A stretch of 64,000 bases of DNA, taken from positions 13,818-77,817 of the forward strand of contig CAYYFE010000015.1 of NCBI GenBank assembly GCA_964471115.1. Reading direction: 5' to 3'. The notes beneath the pieces were generated by a model. The model was not told the origin of the DNA and searched no databases. It worked only from the letters and a program-made list of their open reading frames with translations. The number at the start of each line of letters is the position of its first letter. Positions within the stretch are counted from its first letter, which is position 1. Positions 1 through 8,615 of this stretch are shown piece after piece. This stretch comes from an uncultured Solibacteraceae bacterium (GTDB taxonomy: Bacteria > Acidobacteriota > Vicinamibacteria > Vicinamibacterales > SCN-69-37). The position numbers and the translations under genes are program-made.

Positions 1-2
1 AG

Positions 3-1286
3 GCGTTCGCCGTCCGGTATCGCGCCTTCGGCTGGCACACCATCGTGATCGACGGCCACGACATCGCGGCCATCCGCGCGGCGCTGGCGGAAGCCCGTGG
101 CATGTCGGGCCGGCCGACGATGATCGTGGCGAAGACGCTGAAGGGGAAGGGCTGTTCAATCTTCGAGGACAAGGACAACTGGCACGGCAAACCCCTCAAG
201 AAGGGCGCCGAGGCCGACGCCGCCGTGGCCGAACTGCAGGCGCAGATGATTCCGACGTCCGACCCGGCGCCCGTGATTCGCAAGCCCGCCTCGCGTCGAT
301 CGGAAGGGCCGCTGCCGGACTTCGTCGCGGCCATGCCCGCGCCCGCCTACAAGGCCGGCGATCTGGTGGCCACGCGGGAAGCCTACGGCACGGCGCTGGC
401 CGCGCTGGGCGGCCTCGACGCTCGCATCGTCGCGCTGGATGCCGACGTGAAGAACTCCACCTTCAGCGAACGTTTCGAGAAGGTGTACCCCGAGCGGTTT
501 TATCAGACATTCATTGCCGAGCAGGCGATGATTGGCGTCTCGATGGGCCTGGCCAGCCGCGGCGCAATCGCGTTCCCGTCGTCGTTTGCGTGTTTCCTCG
601 AGCGCGGCGCCGACTTCATCCGCATGGCCGGCATCTCGATGCTCAACGTGAAGTTGTGCGGCTCACACGCCGGCATTTCCATCGGTGAAGACGGCCCGTC
701 GCAGATGGCGCTGGAAGACCTGGCCATGGCGCGCGCCGTGCCGAACTGCACCGTGTTGTATCCGTCGGATGCCGTTTCGGCCGAGCGCCTCGTGGCGGCG
801 GCCGCGGCCACCCATGGCCCGGTGTACATCCGCAGCTCGCGTCCCAAGACCCCGGTGTTGTACAGCGTGTCCGAGACGTTCCCGGTGGGGGGCTCGAAGG
901 TGCTTCGCCAGAGCGCGAAGGACGTGGCCACGGTCATCGGCGCGGGTGTCACGTTGCACGAAGCGCTCAAGGCGCACGACCTGCTGGCCAAGGACGGCAT
1001 CGCGATTCGCGTCATCGACGCGTACTCGGTGCAGCCCATCGATCGCGCCGGGCTCATCGCCGCAGGCAAGGCCACCGGCGGCCGGCTCATCGTCGTGGAA
1101 GATCACTACGCGCAGGGCGGCCTGGGCGACGCCGTGTCGGAAGCCGTCTGGGACCAGGGCTTCACCGTGCAGCGCCTGGCCGTCCGCGAGATCCCGCGCT
1201 CCGGCGGGCCCGAAGAACTGCTCGATCGCTACGGCATCTCCGCGTCCGCGATCGCGGCGCAGGTGGTGGCAAGGAGCGGCGAGTAG
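3..1286 (+). CDS. tkt: transketolase, C-terminal part (5' end lies upstream of the window)
   Basis: Frame 3 is open from base 3 (AFAVRYRAFGWHTIVIDGHD...), so the track start at 45 is internal. Transketolase pyrimidine-binding and C-terminal domain sequence is present (FIAEQAMIGVSMGLA, CGSHAGISIGEDGPSQMALEDLAMARA). Confidence 0.9.
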   Translation, partial: AFAVRYRAFGWHTIVIDGHDIAAIRAALAEARGMSGRPTMIVAKTLKGKGCSIFEDKDNWHGKPLKKGAEADAAVAELQAQMIPTSDPAPVIRKPASRRSEGPLPDFVAAMPAPAYKAGDLVATREAYGTALAALGGLDARIVALDADVKNSTFSERFEKVYPERFYQTFIAEQAMIGVSMGLASRGAIAFPSSFACFLERGADFIRMAGISMLNVKLCGSHAGISIGEDGPSQMALEDLAMARAVPNCTVLYPSDAVSAERLVAAAAATHGPVYIRSSRPKTPVLYSVSETFPVGGSKVLRQSAKDVATVIGAGVTLHEALKAHDLLAKDGIAIRVIDAYSVQPIDRAGLIAAGKATGGRLIVVEDHYAQGGLGDAVSEAVWDQGFTVQRLAVREIPRSGGPEELLDRYGISASAIAAQVVARSGE

Positions 1287-1307
1287 CGGCAAGTGGCGGC
1301 AAGTAGC
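1268..1307 (+). repeat. tandem decamer array, 4 units (GGCRAGKRGC)
   Basis: Read directly: ggcaaggagc ggcgagtagc ggcaagtggc ggcaagtagc. It spans the tkt stop codon and the tkt/ggt spacer. Confidence 0.85.
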
Positions 1308-1361
1308 GCGGCCGGATCTGCCGGCCGCGATCGAACGCCAGTGCTCTTGTATCATCCCCGG

Positions 1362-4319
1362 ATGTTCCGAACGACCCGTGTCACCCGGGCGGCCGTCGTC
1401 CTGTCGGCCGTCTCCGCTTTCATCGTCACTGCGTTTGCCGCGCAAACGCCGGTCTCGCTGACGGGCATGCGCGATCCCGCGTTCGCCCCGGATGGCCGGC
1501 GGGTGGCCGTGTCCTGGTTCGAACAGTTATGGACGATGACGCCGGACGGGCGCGATCAGAAGCGCGTCGTCAGCGGCGGCGGCACATGGGTGAGTGAACG
1601 CGATCCTGCGTGGTCACCCGATGGCCGGCAGATCGCGTTTGCCGCGGACACGAACGGCGCGTTTGATGTGTACGTCGTGCCCTCCGGCGGCGGCACACCG
1701 CGCAAGGTGACGAGCCTGGCCGGCGACGAACGATGGCCGTCATGGACACGCGACGGACGGCTGTTGTTCTCGCACCGTCCGCCGGCCGGCGACTGGTCGT
1801 TGCATCTGGTGAGCGCCGACGGCAGCGGCGAACCGGCACGACTGACGACCGGCGACCACGCCGAGTGGTTCGGCCGCGTGTCGCCGGATGGCCGTCGCGT
1901 CGTGTATCTGTCGAACGCCGATCCCGACGGCGCTGACACGGCTGATGTGTTCGTGCGCGCGCTTGACGCAGCGGAGGCGGCACCGGTGCGCCTGACCCGC
2001 GGCGGCGGCCCGGAGCGCTGGCCCGCGTGGGCGCCCGACAGCGCGCGCGTCTCGTTTGCGGCCGCGCGCCAGGGTGTGGCCACAGGCGTGTGGGTCGTGG
2101 AGGCCGCGGCGCCGGCACCATCAGCCGCGCCTGGACGCGCGGGCGGTCCCGCGGGCCGGGGTGGTGGTGGCGCGGCGCAGCCGCTCGCGCAACTGGCATC
2201 GCGGCATGCGGGCCTCTCCGCGTGGTCACCGGACGGCGAGACGCTGCTCGTCGCCACCGAACCGGCACCGTCGACGCAGTACAACGGGAATCCGGTGCGC
2301 AACGATGACGATGCGGCGGCGGTGTTTGTCGCGGCCGAAGACCTGCAGGTGTGGCGCGTACCCGCGCCGCGCGCCATTGACGCCAACGCGCGCGCGATCG
2401 CCGCGCCGCCGCCGGGCCGCAGTCAGTGGGTGACGCAGTTCGATCGCACGTGGCAGACGCTCAAGTCGCTGTATTACCGGGAGGGGCCGTCGGCGGCGGC
2501 GTGGGACGCGTTGCGCGAGAAACACCGGCCGGCCGCGCTGGCCGCGACGTCGGCGAGCGACGTGGAAGATGTCATCGATGTGATGCTGGCCGAGCAGCCG
2601 CTGATGAAGCCGGCGGTCGAGAAGACGACCGGCGTGATTTCGTCGGGCCACCCGCTGGCGTCGGCCGCCGGCGCGCGAATCCTCGACATGGGCGGCAACA
2701 TCGTGGATGCGATCGTCGCCACGTCGTTTGCGCTCGGTGTCGTCGAGCCCGATGCGTCGGGCATCGGCGGTGACGGGCAGGCCATCCTTTTCCTGAAGGG
2801 GATGAGCGAGCCGGTCATCATCGAATACAAGGACATGACGCCCGCGCGGGCGACGTTCGACAACCCGAAGATCTTCGGCCCGAACGGACAGCGCACGGCG
2901 GGTGATGGACCGACGGTCGTGAACATTCCCGGTGTCGTCGCCGGGCTGGACCTGCTCTTCCAGAAGTACGGCAGCAAGAAGGTGACCTGGGAGCAGGTGC
3001 TGGCGCCCGCGATTGAACTGGCGGAGAACGGGTACATCCTCGACGAAGCGCTGCCGACGACCATCGCAATCGGCCGCGACCGGTTCGCCAAGTACCCGGA
3101 GGCCGCGAAGATCTATCTGCCTGGCGGGAAGGTGCCCAGACCCGGCGATCGGTTCATCAACAAGGACTATGCCGAAACGCTGAAGGTGCTGGCGAAGGAA
3201 GGCGGCCAGTCGTTCTACCGCGGCAGCATCGCGCGCCGGATTGCCGACGACATGGCAGCCAACGGCGGCATCATCTCGCTGGAGGATCTCGCGCAGTACC
3301 GCGCGATGGAGCGCAAGCCGTTGTCAGGCACCTTCCGCGGCCATCTGGTGTATTCGGTGGCGCCGCCTGTCTCGACCGGTCTCACGCTCATCGAGACCCT
3401 GCAGATTCTCGACAACTACACACCGAAGCCAGGCGCCACGGTGTTCAACGACCCCGAGTACCTGCATTACGCGATCGAAGCCTGGCGTGTGCGTGATGGC
3501 GGCGCGCAGATTGCGGATCCCGAGCGCTGGCCGATCAATCTCGGCAATCACCTCGAGCGCAATCACGCGCTCGATCGCTTCAAGCTCATCAATCCGTCGA
3601 AGGCCTGGGTCGCGCCGCAGGCCGCCGGCCGTGGCCGCGGCGCCGGCCCGCTGGACCCTGGGACCCTGGACCCTGGGACCCTGGACCCTGGACCCTCGGA
3701 CCCTGGACCCATTGAGATCCTTACAGGCACCACCTCCTTCGCCGGCGCGGACACCGACGGCAACATGATCGCCGTCACGCAGACGTTGTCCACCTGGGGC
3801 GGCAACTTCTACGTGTCGAAGGGGCTCGGCTTCCTCTACAACGATCACTTCCGCGGCGGACGCGGCACCGGGTACGGGTCGATGCTGCCGCTGCAGCGGC
3901 ATTCGTCGGTCAGTGTGCCGACGCTGCTGTTTGCGCCCAGCGACGTGGACCCCGGCCGGTACGGCATTCCCGGGTTCACGCCGCGGCTGGCCGTGGGCGC
4001 CGCGGGCAACGCGTGGATTCCCGCGTCGGTCTACAACATCATCCTCAACGTCGTCGACGGCGGGCTCGACGCGCAACGCGCCATCGAGGGGCCGCGCATG
4101 CTCATCGGCAACGGCCCCGGCGGCACGTCGCGTGTGCAGCTCGAGGATCGCATCCCCCGGGCGCTGCTCGAGAAACTGGAAGCCATGGGCCACACGTTCG
4201 CCAAGACCGGCCGGAAGGGCGAGGTGGTGCAGGGCTACGCGGCCGTCGCGCTGATCAATGCGTCGAAAGGAACGGTCGAGGGCGGATCCGAGCCTCGACG
4301 TACCCATGGCGCGCGTTGA
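1362..4319 (+). CDS. ggt: secreted TolB-like (PD40/WD40-like) beta-propeller fused to gamma-glutamyltranspeptidase
   Basis: Start re-picked at MFRTTRVTRAAVVLSAVSAFIVTAFAAQ (signal-peptide-like). The N-terminal third has repeated WSPDG/SPDG propeller motifs (AWSPDGRQIAFAAD, PSWTRDGRLLFS, VSPDGRRVVYLS, AWAPDSARVSFAA, AWSPDGETLLVA). The rest is GGT (SSGHPLASAAGARILDMGGNIVDA, SGIGGDGQAILF, putative nucleophile in LTGTTSFAGADTDGNMIAVTQTLSTWGG). Confidence 0.85.
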   Translation: MFRTTRVTRAAVVLSAVSAFIVTAFAAQTPVSLTGMRDPAFAPDGRRVAVSWFEQLWTMTPDGRDQKRVVSGGGTWVSERDPAWSPDGRQIAFAADTNGAFDVYVVPSGGGTPRKVTSLAGDERWPSWTRDGRLLFSHRPPAGDWSLHLVSADGSGEPARLTTGDHAEWFGRVSPDGRRVVYLSNADPDGADTADVFVRALDAAEAAPVRLTRGGGPERWPAWAPDSARVSFAAARQGVATGVWVVEAAAPAPSAAPGRAGGPAGRGGGGAAQPLAQLASRHAGLSAWSPDGETLLVATEPAPSTQYNGNPVRNDDDAAAVFVAAEDLQVWRVPAPRAIDANARAIAAPPPGRSQWVTQFDRTWQTLKSLYYREGPSAAAWDALREKHRPAALAATSASDVEDVIDVMLAEQPLMKPAVEKTTGVISSGHPLASAAGARILDMGGNIVDAIVATSFALGVVEPDASGIGGDGQAILFLKGMSEPVIIEYKDMTPARATFDNPKIFGPNGQRTAGDGPTVVNIPGVVAGLDLLFQKYGSKKVTWEQVLAPAIELAENGYILDEALPTTIAIGRDRFAKYPEAAKIYLPGGKVPRPGDRFINKDYAETLKVLAKEGGQSFYRGSIARRIADDMAANGGIISLEDLAQYRAMERKPLSGTFRGHLVYSVAPPVSTGLTLIETLQILDNYTPKPGATVFNDPEYLHYAIEAWRVRDGGAQIADPERWPINLGNHLERNHALDRFKLINPSKAWVAPQAAGRGRGAGPLDPGTLDPGTLDPGPSDPGPIEILTGTTSFAGADTDGNMIAVTQTLSTWGGNFYVSKGLGFLYNDHFRGGRGTGYGSMLPLQRHSSVSVPTLLFAPSDVDPGRYGIPGFTPRLAVGAAGNAWIPASVYNIILNVVDGGLDAQRAIEGPRMLIGNGPGGTSRVQLEDRIPRALLEKLEAMGHTFAKTGRKGEVVQGYAAVALINASKGTVEGGSEPRRTHGAR
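3653..3710 (+). repeat. tandem 7/8-mer array (GGACCCT / GGGACCCT), about 8 units, in frame inside ggt
   Basis: Read directly: ggaccctgggaccctggaccctgggaccctggaccctggaccctcggaccctggaccc. It is translated as GPLDPGTLDPGTLDPGPSDPGP. Confidence 0.9.
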
Positions 4320-4328
4320 GGTTGCTGC

Positions 4329-6737
4329 ATGCCCACTGAACTTCGCTACGTCATCCGTCAGCTCGCCAAGTCACCCGGCTTCACGGCGGTCGCCGTCCTC
4401 GGCCTGGCTCTGGCCATTGGGGCGAACACCGCGCTGTTCAGCGTCGTCAACTCGGTGTTCCTCCGCCCGCTGCCGTACCACGAGTCCGACCGCCTGGTGC
4501 GCCTGAGTTCCACCGACCAGTCACGAGAGGTCGATCGATTCGGGTTTTCGTACACGCGGTACCAGGCTGTGCTCGCCCAGCCTGGCGTGTTCAGCGCGTT
4601 GGCGTTTTCGGCGCCAAACGCCTTCACCCTCACTGGCCGTGGCGATCCCGAACAACTGACGGCGCTGCAGGCGTCGGCGACGATGTTGCCGACGCTCGGT
4701 CTCGAGGTGGCGGCGGGCCGGAACTTCTCGATCGACGAAGATCAGCCGGGCGGCGCCCGCGTGGTGCTCATCAGTCACGGCTTCTGGCGCCAGCGGTTCA
4801 ACGGCGAGCCGTCCGCGCTCGGGCAGACGCTGCAGCTCGACGGCGTGCTGCACACCATCGTCGGCGTCCTGCCGGAGGCCGCCACCGCCGCGCCGCTGGA
4901 CGATTTCGAGATCTGGGTGCCGCGCCCGGCGGAGGTGCCCTATCTGGTGCCGTCGCAACTGCACGGCGGCGGGTACTTCTTCCAGGTCGTCGGCCGGCTT
5001 GCGCCCGGCGTCTCGCTGACGCAGGCGCAGCAGGCGATGGACCTGACGGCGGCGGCCTACCGAGCCGAGTACCCCACGAACGTCGATGCGCCGACCAGCA
5101 TCGAGCTGGTGCCGCTGCTCGACGACGTCGTGCAGAACGCACGCCAGAGTTATCTCCTCTTGTTCGGAGCGGTCGGGTGTGTGTTGCTGGTGGCCTGCGC
5201 CAACGTCGCCAATCTGCTGCTGGCGCGTTTTGCGTCCCGTCGCAAGGAGATTGCGGCGCGCTTCGTGCTGGGCGCGAGCCGCGCGGACATCGTACGCCAG
5301 CTGCTCCTCGAGAGTCTGGCCGTGGCGGTGCTGGGCGGCGCCCTCGGGTTGTGGCTGGCGGCCTGGGCGCTGCGGGTCGTGGTCGCATTCAGCGCCGACT
5401 TGATTCCGCGAGCGGCTGAGATCGCGCTCGATCCGGTGGCGGTCCTCTTCACCGTGGGCGTGACGCTGGTCACCGGCCTGGCCATCGGCGTCTTTCCGGC
5501 GATGCAGGCGTCGAGTGTCCACGTGCGCGAGGCGCTGAACGAAACGAGCCGCGGCTCCACGGGCACCGGCAAGCGCCTGCGCGCCGGGTTGCTCGTCGCC
5601 GAGGTGGCGCTGTCGCTGACGCTGCTCATCGCCGCGGGGCAATTGCTCACCAGCTTCGCGCGGCTCCAGCGGGTGGATCCGGGTTTTGATCCCGGCCAGG
5701 TCTTCACCGCGCAGCTCGTGCTGCCGCCCCAGCGGTACGCCGGCCCGGAACTGGTCGCGGCCTACGAACGGCTCTACGAGCGTCTGTCCACGCTGCCGGG
5801 CACGACGTCGGCCGCATTGACCGATCGGGTACCGCTGACGGGGGCCACGACCCCCGCGCCCGTCGCGGTGTCGAACCGGCCCGTGCCCCTCAGCGAGCGG
5901 CCCTACGCCAACCGGCACCTGGTCTCACCGCGGTATTTCGAGACGCTCGGAATCCCGTTCCGCGCGGGTCGCGATTTCGATACCCGTGACAATGCCAACG
6001 TGCCACACGTGGTCATCATCAACGAAACGTTCGCCCGGCAGTTCTTCCCTGGCGAAGATCCGATCGGGCGGACGTTGATCACCGGAATGGGGCAGCTGCC
6101 ATCGCAGGTCGTGGGCGTCGTCGCCGACGTTCGCGGCGCGACGCTGAACACACCGCCCGCGCCGGACTACTTCCTGCCGGCGCTGCAGCGACCGGAGGGC
6201 TTCACGAACATCCTGATCCGCACCATCGCGCATCCGTCGACGTTGACGCCGGCCGTGCGCGAGGCGCTCAAGGACATCGACGCCGATCTGCCGCTGCTGC
6301 AGCCCCAACCGCTGACGGCGCGCGTGGAAGAAACGGTCGCCGACCGGAAGCTGGCCCTCGTCCTGCTCGGTGGCTTCGCAGGCCTGGCGCTCGTCCTGGC
6401 CCTGCTTGGCGTTTACAGCGTGATGGCGCATCTGGTGGCCTACCGGACAGCGGAGATCGGGATTCGGATGGCCCTCGGGGCGAGCCGCGGCTCGGTGCTG
6501 CGGATGGTGCTGGGGCATGGTCGCCGGCTCACGCTGGTGGGGATCGTCGCCGGCGGGCTCGGTTCCTTCTGGGTCACCCGGCTCATGCAGCAATCCCTCT
6601 TCGAGGTGGATGCCGCCGATCCCACGATTTACCTGGTGTTGTCGCTGATGCTGCTGGTCGTGGCCGAGTGCGCATGCTGGTTCCCGGCGAGGCGGGCGAC
6701 CCGCATCGATCCGCTGGTCGCGATGCGCGCGGACTGA
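4329..6737 (+). CDS. MacB/FtsX-type duplicated ABC permease, ADOP-like (no adjacent ATPase)
   Basis: N-terminus MPTELRYVIRQLAKSPGFTAVAVLGLALAIGANTALFSVVNSVFLRPLPY is typical of the ADOP family. There are two FtsX-like 4-TM modules separated by large periplasmic domains, and no ABC ATPase gene next to it. Confidence 0.85.
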   Translation: MPTELRYVIRQLAKSPGFTAVAVLGLALAIGANTALFSVVNSVFLRPLPYHESDRLVRLSSTDQSREVDRFGFSYTRYQAVLAQPGVFSALAFSAPNAFTLTGRGDPEQLTALQASATMLPTLGLEVAAGRNFSIDEDQPGGARVVLISHGFWRQRFNGEPSALGQTLQLDGVLHTIVGVLPEAATAAPLDDFEIWVPRPAEVPYLVPSQLHGGGYFFQVVGRLAPGVSLTQAQQAMDLTAAAYRAEYPTNVDAPTSIELVPLLDDVVQNARQSYLLLFGAVGCVLLVACANVANLLLARFASRRKEIAARFVLGASRADIVRQLLLESLAVAVLGGALGLWLAAWALRVVVAFSADLIPRAAEIALDPVAVLFTVGVTLVTGLAIGVFPAMQASSVHVREALNETSRGSTGTGKRLRAGLLVAEVALSLTLLIAAGQLLTSFARLQRVDPGFDPGQVFTAQLVLPPQRYAGPELVAAYERLYERLSTLPGTTSAALTDRVPLTGATTPAPVAVSNRPVPLSERPYANRHLVSPRYFETLGIPFRAGRDFDTRDNANVPHVVIINETFARQFFPGEDPIGRTLITGMGQLPSQVVGVVADVRGATLNTPPAPDYFLPALQRPEGFTNILIRTIAHPSTLTPAVREALKDIDADLPLLQPQPLTARVEETVADRKLALVLLGGFAGLALVLALLGVYSVMAHLVAYRTAEIGIRMALGASRGSVLRMVLGHGRRLTLVGIVAGGLGSFWVTRLMQQSLFEVDAADPTIYLVLSLMLLVVAECACWFPARRATRIDPLVAMRAD

Positions 6738-6750
6738 CGGCGCCGGCGGC

Positions 6751-7509
6751 TTACGCCTGGTCCGGGCGCGCCGGGGGCTGGCGTTTGTGTTCGCTGGTTG
6801 ACCGCAGTTGCTCGATCCGGCGGGCGACGTCGGGCGGCACGGCGGACGGGCCGTCGTTGAGGTACGCCTCGAGCATGTCGTACGAGAAACCCATCTCCGC
6901 CTCGTCGGTCTGGCCGATCCACAGGCCCGCGGACGGCGCCTTGTCGATGATCGGCGCCGGCACGCCCAGCGCGCGCGCCAGGGCGCGCACCTCGCTCTTG
7001 ACGAGGTTGGCGATGGGCAACACGTCGCAGCCGCCGTCGCCGAACTTCGTGAAGTACCCCAGCGTGATCTCGCTGCGGTTGCCCGTGCCCGCCACCAGGT
7101 AGTTGAGCGAATTGGCGATGAAATAGAGCGACGTCATCCGCAGACGCGGCTTGATGTTGGCCTCGGGCATCTGCTGTTTGATGTCCGCCACGTGCACCGA
7201 CTGCGGCAGGCCCTTCAGCACCTGATGCAGTTCGCCGATGAGCGCGTCGAACACCGGCGACAGGTCGATGCGCGCCGTTGGAATGCCGAACGTCCGCGCC
7301 AGCAGCCGCGCATCCGCTTCATCCTGCGCATGGCTGTAACACGGCAGAATCACGCCCAACACCCGGTTGGGCGTCGCCATCTGACACAGGCGCGCCACCA
7401 CCGCCGAATCAATGCCGCCGCTCAGCCCCACGACATACCCATGCGCACCCGCCGCCTGCGCGCGGTCTCGAAGAAACTGGACGATGGAATCGGGGGACGG
7501 GGAGGACAT
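6751..7509 (-). CDS. nadE: NH3-dependent NAD+ synthetase
   Basis: PP-loop motif GLSGGIDSAVVARLC, then later LVAGTGNRSEITLGYFTKFGDGG. Length about 250 aa. Confidence 0.9.
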   Translation of the reverse strand: MSSPSPDSIVQFLRDRAQAAGAHGYVVGLSGGIDSAVVARLCQMATPNRVLGVILPCYSHAQDEADARLLARTFGIPTARIDLSPVFDALIGELHQVLKGLPQSVHVADIKQQMPEANIKPRLRMTSLYFIANSLNYLVAGTGNRSEITLGYFTKFGDGGCDVLPIANLVKSEVRALARALGVPAPIIDKAPSAGLWIGQTDEAEMGFSYDMLEAYLNDGPSAVPPDVARRIEQLRSTSEHKRQPPARPDQA

Positions 7510-7515
7510 GGTGTA

Positions 7516-7571
7516 AAGGATAAGGGATAAGGGATAAGGGATCAGGGATCAGGGACAAGGGACCAGGGACC
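7516..7571 (+). repeat. tandem heptamer array, 8 units (AGGGAYN)
   Basis: aaggata agggata agggata agggatc agggatc agggaca agggacc agggacc, starting 7 nt upstream of the nadE start codon. Confidence 0.9.
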
Positions 7572-7587
7572 ATTTGGAACCGCTCCC

Positions 7588-7647
7588 AATGATCCCTGGT
7601 CCATTGTCCATGTCGCCCTTCCAATGATCCCTTATCCTTGATCCTTT
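7588..7647 (+). repeat. degenerate heptamer array in inverted orientation to 7516-7571
   Basis: caatgat ccctggt ccattgt ccatgtc gcccttc caatgat cccttat ccttgat. Its reverse complement has the GGAYNNN type of the left array. The inner units are near-complementary (ggaccagggacc vs gatccctggtcc). It overlaps the last codons of the upstream membrane-protein gene. Confidence 0.75.
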
Positions 7648-8591
7648 CGTAAATTCCGAATCCCTTCCGCCGCCGGGGAGTCGGGCCAGAGGGGCAGCGG
7701 AGCCGCGGTGTAGGTCGCGTGCGCGAGTTCGCCCTGGAAGAACACGATGAGCGACGCCGTCCACCAGAGGCTCGCCGCGACGCGCAGGACGATGTAGAGC
7801 ATGACGACGGTGACGTAGTAGTCGAGGCCCTCATCGCTGACCGGCGCGGCGCCGAACCAGAGGCGAATGACGACCACGGACGGCAACGCGCTCAGCGCGT
7901 ACAGGCCGGCCGTGCGCAGCGGGCGCCGGCGCATGAACCGAAGCCCCGCCATGAGGCCGCCGAGCGCGCTGTGGCGGTCCTCCACCACCATGCGAATGCG
8001 CGCGAAGTCGCCCGCCATCGCGACCAGGCCCAGCGCCGCCGCGAACATGAGATGCATCGACACTTGTACGACGAGCAGGTCGGTGCGGTCGGTCAGGCCC
8101 TGCGTCCGGTTCGCCATGACCGTGCCCAGCCACCAGGGCTGGGCATAGATAAGCAGCACCCACCAGGCCGGAGCCATCAGGACCGCCAGTCGAAGGAATC
8201 GCCAGAAATGGACGCCGCAGGCGGAGAAAAACGCCGCGGTGTACGTGGCGCGTCCTCGCGCGAAGCGATCGATGATGCCGCCGGAGAGAAACAACGACAG
8301 CGCCAGGGCGGCCAGTGCGGCGCCCATCGCCGCCGGCGCGGCGGGCGGCGTGCGATGGCCCAGCGCCAGCGCCCAGCCACCGTGCCACTGCCACATCAGG
8401 CGTTCGAGCGCGGTTCGCAGGCCGAGCCGGTCCGACATCGGCCCGAAGACGTCGCCGGCAAACGGCGCCAGCACGACCACCGCCAGCACCGCCAGTGCCA
8501 CACCCATCACCGGCGCCTGCCACACCCGCCGCCCGCCCTCGAGGAACGCGCCGAGGATGGTGGCTCGCTGCGTGGTGGGTGCACCGGTCAT
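7632..8591 (-). CDS. polytopic membrane protein, unknown function
   Basis: 319-aa ORF with several long hydrophobic segments (VMGVALAVLAVVVLAPFAG, LMFAAALGLVAMAG, VTVVMLYIVLRVAASLWWTASLIVFF). I recognise no family. Confidence 0.55.
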   Translation of the reverse strand: MTGAPTTQRATILGAFLEGGRRVWQAPVMGVALAVLAVVVLAPFAGDVFGPMSDRLGLRTALERLMWQWHGGWALALGHRTPPAAPAAMGAALAALALSLFLSGGIIDRFARGRATYTAAFFSACGVHFWRFLRLAVLMAPAWWVLLIYAQPWWLGTVMANRTQGLTDRTDLLVVQVSMHLMFAAALGLVAMAGDFARIRMVVEDRHSALGGLMAGLRFMRRRPLRTAGLYALSALPSVVVIRLWFGAAPVSDEGLDYYVTVVMLYIVLRVAASLWWTASLIVFFQGELAHATYTAAPLPLWPDSPAAEGIRNLRKDQG

Positions 8592-8615
8592 GACCGTGGC
8601 ATCCTATCTCAACCC

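Noticed and set aside
3653-3710. GPLDPGTLDPGTLDPGPSDPGP as a collagen-like or other structural protein motif
   Set aside because: The periodicity is at the nucleotide level (7/8 nt). The same DNA unit recurs at 44329 on the opposite coding strand, giving a different peptide.
7719-8615. N-terminal 299 codons of the 935-aa track ORF that ends as the TonB-dependent receptor
   Set aside because: This part is antisense to the 7632-8591 membrane-protein ORF and is Arg/His/Asp-rich junk. A clean in-frame ATG at 8616 begins a signal-like sequence followed by the plug domain.
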